64,000 bases of DNA, from assembly GCA_033763455.1 (NCBI GenBank), contig JANRKO010000074.1, positions 32,001 to 96,000 on the forward strand, given 5' to 3'. Source of the stretch: Polyangiaceae bacterium. Its GTDB lineage: Bacteria > Myxococcota_A > Polyangia > Polyangiales > Polyangiaceae. Made by a program: the position numbers and the translations under genes. Position 1 is the first letter of the stretch; each line of letters opens with the position of its first letter. Positions 28,626 through 38,440 of this stretch are shown piece by piece. The notes below the pieces were generated by a model. That model did no database searches, was not told the origin of the DNA, and saw nothing but the letters and a program-made list of their open reading frames with translations.

Positions 28626-30913
28626 ACGCTCGGTGTTCTTCCGCCGCAGGTTTTTTGCTCTCGGGTGCTCTCGCCCTTCTGAGCTGTAGCCGCAGTTCGC
28701 GCCCGCTCGAAACGGAAGACGCTTCCACGGCGGCAGCGGCCAACATGCGCGCCCAGAGTCAGCAGCAGCTGGTTTCCAGCGCTAAAGTGAGCGCAGCGGG
28801 GGCATCTGATGATTTTAGATATCTGCCGCAGCCGAGCGCAGCATTGAGCCAAGCTATCGCCAGGGTTCGTTTGGAAGATTACGCCACTGCTGATGAGCTT
28901 CTCGGTAAGCTGGTTGGGCGGGAGCAGGCGTTGCCCGAAGTGCGCTACCTCCGAGCCAAAGTGAAAAAAGGGCTCGAACAGTGCGAACAGGTGTTGCCGC
29001 TACTGGTGGAGTTGGACGGGAAGCTTGGGGTGCTTGATGAAGATCTGCCCCGGTTTCGCGCCTACTGTGAGCTTGGTGTGGGGCCTTTTGACAAAGCGGC
29101 TCAGTACTTCTCGGCTTCTTCCGATCCTCGAGACTGGCTCTCGGCGGCCGTGGCCGAGGAACGAGCAGGTAAGCTCGAAGTGGCGCGAAAGCTGACCGAC
29201 AAAATCCTATTGAAGTTGCCGAAAGGTGCCAAAGAGCTGGAATTTCAGACGCGTGTAGTTCGGGCGCGGCTGGCCGAGGCGCAGAAGCTTTCACCTCTGG
29301 CGGCCACGGAGCTTCGGTGGTTGGCCACGATGCACCCGACACGAGCTGAAACAGCCACGGCCCCGGCTCGGCTGGCGGCGCTCTCCAAATACCCACTCAC
29401 CCCTAAGGAACGCCTCACACGCGCCAAAGCTTTTTCCCAAGCGGGTCAAGTGGAAGCCTGTGAACAGGAATTGGCGCTTGTGCCGCAAGCTTCCGCCAAA
29501 AAAGGCGAACGCCAGAGCCTCTTGGGCTGGGCAAACTACACGAGCCGTAAAGATTACCTGAAAGCAGCAGAGCTATTAAGCTCGGCGGCTCGCAAGGGGA
29601 GCCGCGATCCGGTGATGGATCTGTTCTACGCTGCGCGCGCTCTTTCGCGGGGCGATGACGATGAGCACGCATTGCGAAAGTACTCTGAGGTTGCTCAGCT
29701 GTACCCGAAAACGGTGTGGGCAGATCACTCGCGTTATCAGCGCGCACGTTTGCTGTTCATCCTTGGGCGCTGGAAGGAGTCGGAGGCCGCCTACCTTGAT
29801 TATCAAAAGCGTTTGGGCAAAGCGGCTCGGCACAAATCCGACGTTCAGCGCGAGTTGGCGGTGTTATGGCTTATTTTGGGAAAATCCAAGCTCGCGGCTC
29901 CCGCGTTTGGGAATCTAGCCAAGCAGGCAAAGGCGAGCCCCATGTACCAAGAAGGGCAGGCCGTGGCGCTGGAGCTCGGTGGCCAACGCGCCGAGGCGTC
30001 CAAGCTGTATCGAGAGATCATCGAGCGTGAGCCTTTGTCCTTGGCGGCGCAGTTGAGCCGGCTCCGTTTGTCTGCACTAGGTGAAAATGTGCCGGCCTTT
30101 CCAGCGTTAGTGCCGAAGCTGCGGCCCGCGAGACTCAAACCCAAACTTCCGCACAAAGTGCTGGCGCTCCTTGCTCTCGGGCTGGATCGCGAAGCCGAAA
30201 AAGTGCTCAAGGAACACGAGGTCGACCTTGCTCGAGAATTCCCAACGCGCAAAGCCGAGGCGTTGTGTGCTGCGTACGGTGAATTGGCGACGGCCGAGCG
30301 ACGTTTTCAGCTTGGCATGAACAACGCCAAGCCAGGTGCGTTCGATGCTTTGCCCGCACCCGAAGCCGAATGGCTATGGGAATGCGCGTACCCTCAACCT
30401 TACGCGGAACACGTACAGCAATCGAGCACAGCCCAAGTGTCGAGTGCCCTCTTGTTTGGGCTCATGCGTCAAGAAAGCGGGTTCCGCGTGCAGGTGCAGT
30501 CGGCGGCGGCGGCGCGCGGGCTGATGCAAATTATCGACCCTACCGCCCAGCGAATTGCGCAAGATTTGGGCTTAGATCCACACTCGGTGAAGCTCGACCG
30601 CCCTCACATCAACGTGAGGTTTGGGGCTCACTATTTGGATAAGTTGGTGTCAACGTTCCAGGGCTCCGTGCCGCTGGCTCTTGCCGCGTACAACGCGGGG
30701 CCTCCCGCTGTGGCGCGTTGGCTAGAAAAAGGCCACGGGCTACCGCTAGACCTGTTCATTGCCAGTATCCCTTACGAAGAGACGCGCGGATACGTAGAAC
30801 GAGTGATGAGCAACTGGCTTCATTACGCCTATCTATCGGGAGATAGCTCGGGCTTGTCTCGGGTATCCCTGAAGCTACCCCAAGCAGTGAAGCTCGGCCC
30901 GGACGCCTATTAG
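28613..30913 (+). CDS. Soluble lytic transglycosylase (TPR + SLT), lipoprotein
   Basis: MRQESGF, S.A.ARGLMQ, G..YL, AAYNAGP, IPYEETRGYV. Confidence 0.92.
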   Translation: MGLVNARCSSAAGFLLSGALALLSCSRSSRPLETEDASTAAAANMRAQSQQQLVSSAKVSAAGASDDFRYLPQPSAALSQAIARVRLEDYATADELLGKLVGREQALPEVRYLRAKVKKGLEQCEQVLPLLVELDGKLGVLDEDLPRFRAYCELGVGPFDKAAQYFSASSDPRDWLSAAVAEERAGKLEVARKLTDKILLKLPKGAKELEFQTRVVRARLAEAQKLSPLAATELRWLATMHPTRAETATAPARLAALSKYPLTPKERLTRAKAFSQAGQVEACEQELALVPQASAKKGERQSLLGWANYTSRKDYLKAAELLSSAARKGSRDPVMDLFYAARALSRGDDDEHALRKYSEVAQLYPKTVWADHSRYQRARLLFILGRWKESEAAYLDYQKRLGKAARHKSDVQRELAVLWLILGKSKLAAPAFGNLAKQAKASPMYQEGQAVALELGGQRAEASKLYREIIEREPLSLAAQLSRLRLSALGENVPAFPALVPKLRPARLKPKLPHKVLALLALGLDREAEKVLKEHEVDLAREFPTRKAEALCAAYGELATAERRFQLGMNNAKPGAFDALPAPEAEWLWECAYPQPYAEHVQQSSTAQVSSALLFGLMRQESGFRVQVQSAAAARGLMQIIDPTAQRIAQDLGLDPHSVKLDRPHINVRFGAHYLDKLVSTFQGSVPLALAAYNAGPPAVARWLEKGHGLPLDLFIASIPYEETRGYVERVMSNWLHYAYLSGDSSGLSRVSLKLPQAVKLGPDAY

Positions 30914-30915
30914 GG

Positions 30916-32208
30916 TTACGTAGAGGTTGGCTGCGAAGCTCGGAGGCTGGTTGCTCGCGGCCGCAAAAGCACACGCCGCACGCGGCGGCGTCGCACTTCG
31001 TCGACGATTGCGTCGAACGCTCCAATACGCACTTCGTCACCGGGATGCGCCGGGCGCCCGAGCATAGAGGTAATGTAGCCGGCCAAGGTATCTTCCGCCT
31101 CAGCCGACCCAGTATCTAGGCCTGCCACCATGAGCTCGTGCACGAGCACGGCTCCTTCGGCGATGATGGTACCATCATCACGCAGGTGGATGCGTGGAGC
31201 TTCCTTGTCGAGTTCGTCGGTGATTTCCCCGACCACGGCTTCTACGGCATCTTCGAGTGTTACCAGGCCTGACGTTCCGCCAAACTCATCGACCACGATC
31301 GCGATCGGAATACCTTCCCGCTGAAACTCGGACAGCACATCCCCGACCAGCGAAGACTCCGGAACGAACAACAGCTTCCTGACGCGCGAGCGCAAGTTCT
31401 CAGAGCCGCCGGCTGGAGAGACGAACAGATCCTTCACGTAAAGATACCCGGTTATCTCGTCGGCGCCACCATGTTCACTCACAGGATAACGGCTGAAGCC
31501 ATGATGGCGTGCGGCCTTGAGGCTCACCTCTGGAGGATCCGCAAGCGCGAGCGTGGTCATGTCGACGCGAGGCACCATGATGGCGCGCACCGGCAGGTCA
31601 AAACCTCCGAGGACTCGGGTGAGCGTTTCCCGCTTTCGCTGATCGAGGCCCGATTCGGCGAAAGCACTCTGCAACACGATGCGCAACTCCGCGACCGAGA
31701 GAGCGTCGTTTCCGTGCTCCGCGGGGCGTACGCCTACCGTGCGCAGCAGGAGATTAGAGACGCCATTTAGTACCCAGAGTGCTGGCGAAAAAAGCCAGTA
31801 ACACACCCCCATGGCTGCGGCAGTTTGGCGCGAAACGGCTTCTGGGAATTGGATGGCAAGGGATTTGGGGACAAGCTCACCCAAGATGATGTGAAGCACG
31901 CTAATGATCACGAAGGCGGTGGTGAGTGAAATAGCGTGACTGGCCTTTTCCGAAACCCCGAGGCCCGAGAGCAACGGCCCAAGCAGAGTGGCCACAGCCG
32001 GCTCACCCAACCAACCGAGCGCCAAGGAAGCCAAGGTGATCCCGAGCTGCGTGGCGGCAAGGTACCCGTCCAATTTTCGGATGGCGGCAAGGGCTGCTTC
32101 GGCTTTGCTGTCGCCGGTCGCGGCCAGAGCCTGAAGCGACGTAGGGCGCACCTTGGCCAGCGCGAACTCCGTAGCCACGAAGAAGGCGTTTGCGAAAACA
32201 CAGATCAA
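30916..32208 (-). CDS. HlyC/CorC (CNNM-CBS-CorC) family protein
   Basis: NAFFVATEFAL, QLGITLASL.LG, GELVPK, SRYPV, VVDEFGGTSGLVTLED. Confidence 0.92.
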   Translation of the reverse strand: MICVFANAFFVATEFALAKVRPTSLQALAATGDSKAEAALAAIRKLDGYLAATQLGITLASLALGWLGEPAVATLLGPLLSGLGVSEKASHAISLTTAFVIISVLHIILGELVPKSLAIQFPEAVSRQTAAAMGVCYWLFSPALWVLNGVSNLLLRTVGVRPAEHGNDALSVAELRIVLQSAFAESGLDQRKRETLTRVLGGFDLPVRAIMVPRVDMTTLALADPPEVSLKAARHHGFSRYPVSEHGGADEITGYLYVKDLFVSPAGGSENLRSRVRKLLFVPESSLVGDVLSEFQREGIPIAIVVDEFGGTSGLVTLEDAVEAVVGEITDELDKEAPRIHLRDDGTIIAEGAVLVHELMVAGLDTGSAEAEDTLAGYITSMLGRPAHPGDEVRIGAFDAIVDEVRRRRVRRVLLRPRATSLRASQPTST

Positions 32209-32249
32209 AACAGCCAGGAGCAGCAGACCTTAGGATGCTGGCACAGCTC

Positions 32250-33428
32250 TCAATAAATCCCAACTGGCATCGCGCGCTTACTGAGCAGGGCCGCCCCCAC
32301 TCCTTCAGTAGGATCACTGGCCCAGCGGGCCGAAAACGCCTCCCGGAGCACCGTTTCGGCGAGCTTGGCTCTGGGGGAAAAACCCCAAGCAGGTTCCTGG
32401 GACGTGTCGTTGGGATCAGCGTAAAGCCGCCACACGAAAAAGCCCATGAAGCGAGGCTCCGCCGTCATCGCCGAAAGCAACGCGCGGTAGGCATCGGCCT
32501 GAGCGGCTTCGTTCACCTCCACGCGACCCAAGTGTTCCGGCCACTCCCAAGGCCGAATCGCGGGGTCGGTGCGCGTGGTGTAACCAAATTCGGTGAAGAG
32601 CACCGGCTTCTGCCACCTCTCCGAGAGGCTGCGAACACCTTGGGCTACACGGCGCCCGCCTTCCATGAGTGCTTCGGGCGAAGCTCCGTCTTTGTCTCCC
32701 AAAGGATAGAAGGCGTTGATGCCAATCACGTCTAACTCGCCCCAAATGCTTGTATCCTCAGCGTCATCCCAATTCGCCGCGTACGTCAGCATCCCAGAGT
32801 AACGTCGCTTCACGCTGCGGATGACTCGCGAGAAAAGGGGCGCGCGCGTTGTTGTCACCCAGCTGCGAAGCTCCACCCCCATGGAAAACAGATCAGCATG
32901 TTTTAGTTCGGCAACTTCGGCCCAGCTGAGCACAAAGCGTTCGTACGAGTCTGCCCAAGCGCGCCAACCGGCATCGCCTTCAGGCTCAATTTCTGCTCGC
33001 CAGCCGCCTGTTTCCACCCATAGGTGAGGAACCAACATCACTTTGAGCCCGCGAGTGTGGGCTTGTTCAATAGCTAACGCCACCTGCTTGCGGTTGGCTT
33101 CAAAGGGAGCTTCGAACGTCGAGGAAATTCCCGAAGGGGTTAAATCCCAGACGCGCCCAAACGGGGTAAGGCTCACCCACGTGGCTCCCATTCGCGCGGC
33201 TTCATCGAGTGTTTTCTCGTACGCCGGGCTTCCGTAGCCGCGTCCAGGATGCAAGCTATTTTCGATGGGTCCAATCGTTACCCCGCGTACAGTTTCCTGA
33301 GCCAAGGGCTGCGGCAGTTCCATGTTTCGCTCCGAGGGTGAAGCGAGCGCGGAGCCCACCACCAAACTAACGCCTAGGCCGAGCCAACGGAACGGAGCGG
33401 CTTTCATGCGTGCGCTCTCAACTGGCAC
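32250..33428 (-). CDS. GH113-like/GTA TIM-barrel glycoside hydrolase
   Basis: GLKVMLVPHL, GVEL, TYAANW, DVIGINAFYPL, KPVLFTEFGY. Confidence 0.8.
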   Translation of the reverse strand: MPVESARMKAAPFRWLGLGVSLVVGSALASPSERNMELPQPLAQETVRGVTIGPIENSLHPGRGYGSPAYEKTLDEAARMGATWVSLTPFGRVWDLTPSGISSTFEAPFEANRKQVALAIEQAHTRGLKVMLVPHLWVETGGWRAEIEPEGDAGWRAWADSYERFVLSWAEVAELKHADLFSMGVELRSWVTTTRAPLFSRVIRSVKRRYSGMLTYAANWDDAEDTSIWGELDVIGINAFYPLGDKDGASPEALMEGGRRVAQGVRSLSERWQKPVLFTEFGYTTRTDPAIRPWEWPEHLGRVEVNEAAQADAYRALLSAMTAEPRFMGFFVWRLYADPNDTSQEPAWGFSPRAKLAETVLREAFSARWASDPTEGVGAALLSKRAMPVGIY

Positions 33429-34122
33429 CGTAAAGGGCTCGGTATAAGTCAGCGAGCGCCTCGGCGTTCACGTCAAGAAGGGTAGGGAATGTTGCATCTG
33501 CACCTGCCGCAGATAGCTCCGACTCTTGATAACTCTGGGCGACTCCGACACACGTGAGTCTGGCCGCCTTCGCCGCGCGAACACCCGCTAGCGAGTCTTC
33601 AATCACCAGTGCGCGCCTCGCAAGAACAGGATCCATGCGGGTGGCCAAATACGCCAAACCCATGTGGTACCCTTCTGGATCCGGCTTGGAGCGGCTGGTG
33701 TCTTCAGCGGAGATGACGTGCTCGACACAGGCTTCGGCAGCCAAGAATTTCAGACCGAGCGTGATTTCATCGCGCAGCGCACCCGATACAATACAGACGG
33801 GGCCAGCCTTCGCCCTAAGTTCGAGCGCTTCACGGGCTCCCCTAAACCCTTTGAGCTGGGTTTGGGCGAGCCTCAGGTAAACCGGGCGTTTGCTTTCGAT
33901 CAGCTCGCGCAGCAATGCGGGCGAACACGGGCGCTGGGCGTCGGCGAAAATTGCCGAAAATGCACCCGCGTCGTCGAATCCGATGTAGCGCTCCCAATAC
34001 GTTGCCTCGTCCACCGGCAACCCAAGGGGCACTAGCACCTCGCGAAATGCCGCTAGGTGTACGGCTTCGTCGTCAATCAGGACACCATTGTAGTCAAACA
34101 AAGTCGCAGGGAACGTCTGCAT
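33418..34122 (-). CDS. HAD-family phosphatase (beta-PGM-like)
   Basis: FDYNGVLIDDE, VSG, SKPDPEGY, IEDSLAG. Confidence 0.9.
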   Translation of the reverse strand: MQTFPATLFDYNGVLIDDEAVHLAAFREVLVPLGLPVDEATYWERYIGFDDAGAFSAIFADAQRPCSPALLRELIESKRPVYLRLAQTQLKGFRGAREALELRAKAGPVCIVSGALRDEITLGLKFLAAEACVEHVISAEDTSRSKPDPEGYHMGLAYLATRMDPVLARRALVIEDSLAGVRAAKAARLTCVGVAQSYQESELSAAGADATFPTLLDVNAEALADLYRALYGAS

Positions 34123-34272
34123 GCCGTGCCCACCTAGCACAAGTTGACCCGAGACAACCCCCCGAGACGCGGTCTGGGTGTAAGGTTCCCGCCCCACCCA
34201 ACGTTCACGGGGCGCAAGCGTTGTGTTTGCCGTCGGTTTTCGGCATTCTGATCGATTGAGGAAAGGGACATC

Positions 34273-35694
34273 ATGCGAACTACTGCGATATCTTGGGCAT
34301 TTCTGGCTCTTATCGGCTGCGGCTCAGCCAAGCCTCCCGAGGCCGAGGCCCCCACCAACGCGGGCGTGGGCAGCCAGGAGGACGATCCTCAGCATCAAGT
34401 CTCCGCACAGGAAAGCGGCGAGGGGCTCACTGTGGCGACCGATCCGGAGGGGCGGGGCCAAGATGGGGATAACGGCGAGTGGGGGATCCTGGGAGATCCT
34501 AGCTACGCGAGCGTTGTGGAAAAGGTGGTGGGCATGGCCGGCGACCAGGCTCTCACCCAAGCCGTTAATCGGAGAGGGTTATCGCTTCTGAATGTGATGT
34601 GGGAAGACACCGGGCGTCAGGAGGGCTCAGCGCTCGGCCCCAACATTACGGATTTGACGCTTCAAGTTCGCTACCGTGTGCCCGGCGATGAGCAAGAACG
34701 GGCGGGCCTCTTGCCAGTGATTCGCTTTCCCAACTTCGAGGATCGCACGGCGGATATCCGCGCGGATAAGTTCTTTGTGCGAGTGGGTAACCAGCGCGAC
34801 AAGAAGAATCTAAAGACGGTAGCGCTCAAAGACGTGCTTAAGAATATCCGAGGTTACCTTGCGACGCCATGGTCCCTAAAGGGGAGTGGTAACCTGCTCG
34901 CGGCGCGAGATACCCACTTTCTCGTGAGCGCCCAGGCAGTTTTTCTGCCCATTCCTAAAAAGGGCCAAGCGGAATTCAACCCCGTTGTTTTCAACTACCA
35001 ATCGGCCCCAGGCTCTCCTGCTGTGCTCACCCTTCTGGTCACGCGCCAGGGCACCAGCATCACCGCGATCGAGAATAGCCCGCAAGACAGCACCACCTCC
35101 GGTTACGGCCAGGAGCTCTACTTCAATAATGAAGGTCAACGCGCGGCGTTCACCGCGGAGCGAAAACAGGACGTCGAACGGCGGATAAGCGCCCAGGGCG
35201 GCCCCAAAACTGCGGACGACAAGAGCGCCCTCGCACGCGGCGCGGACGTACTGTTTTTGGTGCAGGTGCCCCTCCGGCACCGGAACCGCGGTTACCTTGG
35301 AGGGATAGGGTCGACGGGTGGCTCTGTCTACGCCCCTTCGGAATCCATGGCGCCTTCCGCTGCTCCCAAAGCGATGGCTAGCGAAGAGGGAGCTATGCAA
35401 AAGAGCGATGTGGAGCAGGCCGTGCTTGGGCACGGTAAGAACCGAGGCGCCTTTTTGGAAGGCAATGACCTTGCGCTCGAACGTGATCCTGCCTTCCCCA
35501 TCCGCATCACGGTGCAGTTCTACAAAGCCACCAGCAATGGTGTGGTGAGCGAGAGAGATCTTGATGGCATTGCGGCCTCCATTGGCGGTGTGTATGAGCA
35601 CGCCGATTTCGTGGGGTCGCTCGTGATCCCCGAAGGGGACCGCTCACGCCCCACCGAGTGGCAAAAAATGCCCCGCGAGTGGTTTCCTTGGTGA
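34273..35694 (+). CDS. Hypothetical lipoprotein
   Basis: Lipobox LIGC; long ORF with RBS; conserved-looking WEDTGR..GS..GPNITD.TL block. Confidence 0.8.
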   Translation: MRTTAISWAFLALIGCGSAKPPEAEAPTNAGVGSQEDDPQHQVSAQESGEGLTVATDPEGRGQDGDNGEWGILGDPSYASVVEKVVGMAGDQALTQAVNRRGLSLLNVMWEDTGRQEGSALGPNITDLTLQVRYRVPGDEQERAGLLPVIRFPNFEDRTADIRADKFFVRVGNQRDKKNLKTVALKDVLKNIRGYLATPWSLKGSGNLLAARDTHFLVSAQAVFLPIPKKGQAEFNPVVFNYQSAPGSPAVLTLLVTRQGTSITAIENSPQDSTTSGYGQELYFNNEGQRAAFTAERKQDVERRISAQGGPKTADDKSALARGADVLFLVQVPLRHRNRGYLGGIGSTGGSVYAPSESMAPSAAPKAMASEEGAMQKSDVEQAVLGHGKNRGAFLEGNDLALERDPAFPIRITVQFYKATSNGVVSERDLDGIAASIGGVYEHADFVGSLVIPEGDRSRPTEWQKMPREWFPW

Positions 35695-35773
35695 GTCCTT
35701 AGGCCTACACGTTGTCGCCGCCGCCATCCGCGGTGAGCTAAGAATGTGGAGGGACGAGCCGCTCGGGAGCTTT

Positions 35774-36805
35774 TCAAAGTGGACAATCAGGATCAGCACC
35801 CCAACAACAATTGTCGGGGGTTAAATCACAGTTGCCGTTGCTCGGCAGGGGTGAGCACACTCCCGCGTTGGCACACTGGGCCGGCCTGGGCTGGCCTCCT
35901 ACACCCGAGCAGTCCGGATCTTGCGAGCGACAACAATCTTCCAGCTTGCGGCCGCATTTTCCATCGGAAACCTCAATGTAGGCATCGCAGGCAGCGGCCT
36001 TACAAGCCGCTACATTCGCGCAGTCTAGATCGGGAAATCCACAACACCCCGCAGTTGGGTTGGATAAAGCGCAATATCCATCGGGGGCCGCAGGCAAAAC
36101 GGGTGGGCAACCGACATTTGCGCAGTCGAGCGGTCCCGTTCCCGGCAAACATAACTGGGGTTCGACGCACGGCCCGTAACACGAGCCGTTGGAGGTCGGA
36201 ACCTTACCAGGTTCACATTGCACGAAGAGGTCGCAGGCTATCTGGTTGAGGTCGCAGTTGTATTTCGCGCCGCAATCCGGATCCAAGTATCCGCAGCAGG
36301 GCGTCGGGGCCTGTTCCTGGCACTTGCCATCCATGGGGAGAGAAGCACCCGGGCAAGCCACGTTCGCGCACATGTCCGTGCAGTCTGGATCCTGAAACCT
36401 GCAACAATCGGTGACGGGACGCGCACAGGTGCCATCGGGCACTTCCGAAAAGGCCGCGCACTGAACCGTCGCGCAATTTACTGCATTTAGGCAATCCTGA
36501 TCGGTAAAGCCGCAACACGCGCTCGGAGCCTCTTGGCTACAGAGGCCATCAGGTGGCGAAACTGGTGCGCACGCCACGTTGCGACAATCGACCACTCCAG
36601 GTTTTCCCCCGGTGCTCGCGCTGTTTCCCCCGGTGTTCGCGCTGTTTCCTCCCGTGCCCACGCTGCCCCCTCCTGCCCCCGTGCGGCTTCCCCCAACACC
36701 CGACCCACCACCCGTCCCCGTGCTCGAAGTTTCGACGAACTTTCCGCTGCAAGCGACAAACAGGAGGGCGAAGGTGCTGGCGAGGGCGAAGGACGCAGTA
36801 TTCAT
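35774..36805 (-). CDS. Cys-rich repeat lipoprotein
   Basis: Lipobox FVAC, Gly/Thr linker, repeated C.NV.C...DG.C...CC...DPDC units. Confidence 0.8.
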   Translation of the reverse strand: MNTASFALASTFALLFVACSGKFVETSSTGTGGGSGVGGSRTGAGGGSVGTGGNSANTGGNSASTGGKPGVVDCRNVACAPVSPPDGLCSQEAPSACCGFTDQDCLNAVNCATVQCAAFSEVPDGTCARPVTDCCRFQDPDCTDMCANVACPGASLPMDGKCQEQAPTPCCGYLDPDCGAKYNCDLNQIACDLFVQCEPGKVPTSNGSCYGPCVEPQLCLPGTGPLDCANVGCPPVLPAAPDGYCALSNPTAGCCGFPDLDCANVAACKAAACDAYIEVSDGKCGRKLEDCCRSQDPDCSGVGGQPRPAQCANAGVCSPLPSNGNCDLTPDNCCWGADPDCPL

Positions 36806-36837
36806 ATCAGGCTCCAGAGAATCCTCCTCTTTCTAGG

Positions 36838-36853
36838 GCAAACCCTATGCCAA
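36838..36853 (-). promoter_or_regulatory. Putative sigma54 promoter TTGGCATAGGGTTTGC
   Basis: GG-N10-GC with TGGCA and TTGC; 33 bp upstream of lipoprotein ATG. Confidence 0.65.
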
Positions 36854-37059
36854 CGCGAACAAACCCGCGCTGAGAGGGCTTACCAAGCTCTGAAAACTCT
36901 GGGCCGCCGGATCCAAACGCCGCGGAACTGTGCCAAGTGTGCCACCTCTACCTCTACGGCTTGGAAGGGCAGCGGCAGGTGGGGTGCTTATCCCCGCCGG
37001 GCAGTTTTAATCTTGCAGTCGCGCGGCGACGTTGTCCCGACGTCGGGTTCATAGCAGAG

Positions 37060-37485
37060 TTAGCCACCACCGCGGGGTGGCGTCATCGTAGGTATCGTTT
37101 GCCGACGGTTTCTTCGGTAGACACGAAAATCACTGTCCATTGTGAGTATTACCGAGTTGGCTTCGAGTTCTGTGATCCTCACAAGGCAGGCGTCCGCCAG
37201 GGACATCGGGACATCGGAAAACTTCTTCATCAGGGCGCGGACTGCATCGACTTCGCTTGCCAGTCGAAACTCGCACTTGACCAGGTTTCGCGCCATTAGC
37301 GCCAAGACGGCATCGCGACCGCCCTCGAAGTCTCGCAAGAGATAGCAAGCCTCGGAAATCACGGCTTCGCACGTGACGATGGGAGGTTCGATGGTGTCGA
37401 GCACCGCCTTAGCCCATGCGTGTTGGCGATCTCGCTTGTTGAGAAAAGGAACTAATGGTCCGGTATCTATGACAAACGTTGTCAC
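37060..37485 (-). CDS. PIN-domain (VapC-like) toxin
   Basis: VIDTGPLV...N.RD..H.W, EAVISEA, MSLADA, T.DSDF.VYR. Confidence 0.92.
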   Translation of the reverse strand: MTTFVIDTGPLVPFLNKRDRQHAWAKAVLDTIEPPIVTCEAVISEACYLLRDFEGGRDAVLALMARNLVKCEFRLASEVDAVRALMKKFSDVPMSLADACLVRITELEANSVILTMDSDFRVYRRNRRQTIPTMTPPRGGG

Positions 37486-37709
37486 TTGCCGTAGCCCGAC
37501 ATGTGCTTTGGATTTGTTGACAAATCTGAAGGGCCTTCGATGGACCCAACGAGGTCCTTAGCCGCCGCCGTGACCGAATTCCGCTTACCTTTAGCCAAAG
37601 CCTCCAGGGCTTCCCGTACGAGAGCAGAACGGCTAGATTTTCGCACTCGCGCCAGCTCATCGAGCTCTTGGTCGAGCTTTTCTGGCAGCTTAAACGACAC
37701 GGTTTTCAT
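37482..37709 (-). CDS. CopG/RHH-family antitoxin
   Basis: MKTVSFKLPE.LD..L..LA.....SRSALVREAL...GP.DLSTN. Confidence 0.9.
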   Translation of the reverse strand: MKTVSFKLPEKLDQELDELARVRKSSRSALVREALEALAKGKRNSVTAAAKDLVGSIEGPSDLSTNPKHMSGYGK

Positions 37710-37722
37710 CGGACCTGCCATG

Positions 37723-37751
37723 GTAATACTCCGACTGCAAAATAGTATTAC
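37723..37751. promoter_or_regulatory. TA operator, inverted repeat GTAATACT-N13-AGTATTAC
   Basis: Perfect 8-bp AT-rich inverted repeat directly upstream of RHH antitoxin. Confidence 0.65.
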
Positions 37752-37871
37752 GTCGAGGTTTTCCGGTCAATCAATGCATTCGCGCTCGCGAGTGCTCGGC
37801 AATCTCCGGCGGGAGGGCAGCCGCGTCACCACGGGCTGGAGGGGTCGAGGAAGCTTTGAATTGCGGCGTCC

Positions 37872-38042
37872 TTAGTCAACCTCCGCGCACAGCTTCTTGT
37901 CGTAAGCGAGCAGAGCGCGCACGCCCCAAGGCAGAGAACCGACCCAGGGACGAATAGGCACGGCGGGCAGCACGTATCCTTCGAGGTGTACGGCCGTGTC
38001 GGCCATGCGGCGACCGGCACAGGATGGGCAGAAGCCTCGACG
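37872..38042 (-). mobile_element. IS91-family transposase fragment (zinc-binding region)
   Basis: My translation: RRGFCPSCAGRRMADTAVHLEGYVLPAVPIRPWVGSLPWGVRALLAYD, bounded by stops. Confidence 0.8.
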
Positions 38043-38440
38043 CTATCTTCTCAGGATCGACCCTTGCGATCGGCGGGGATGGCGCTCCAGAATGACCGCC
38101 GTGGCGGTGGACCCCAAGCAGTCCACCGATGTGATCGCGCCCCGCGGTGGCGTAGGCCACCTGTCGTTTTTCGCACCAGGCAGTCGTTAACAGTGAGGGA
38201 CTCATAGGGTGCAGTACCGGCGTTCACGGTAGCCCACGGCGTTGCGGTTTGGCGGCTTGACCGAGAGCCAACCGCACATTACTCAACAAGGGGACTTCGA
38301 ATGGCAGCTTGTGGGTATTTCCAGTCGACTTTTGCGATGGCCCCCGAGTTGTTCCGCGCGCGCGCAGTGGCCCGACCAACAAAAGTGTTCGTGCGGGCCC
38401 ATCGCGAGCTGCATATTAGCTTAGACGACGGCCCTTCCTT

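Noticed and set aside
36595..36725. Short 21-bp near-repeats
   Set aside because: Explained by the GGNSANT coding linker of the lipoprotein
38243..38277. Bulged hairpin as an integron attC site
   Set aside because: Lacks the RYYYAAC...GTTRRRY frame; no integrase or second site
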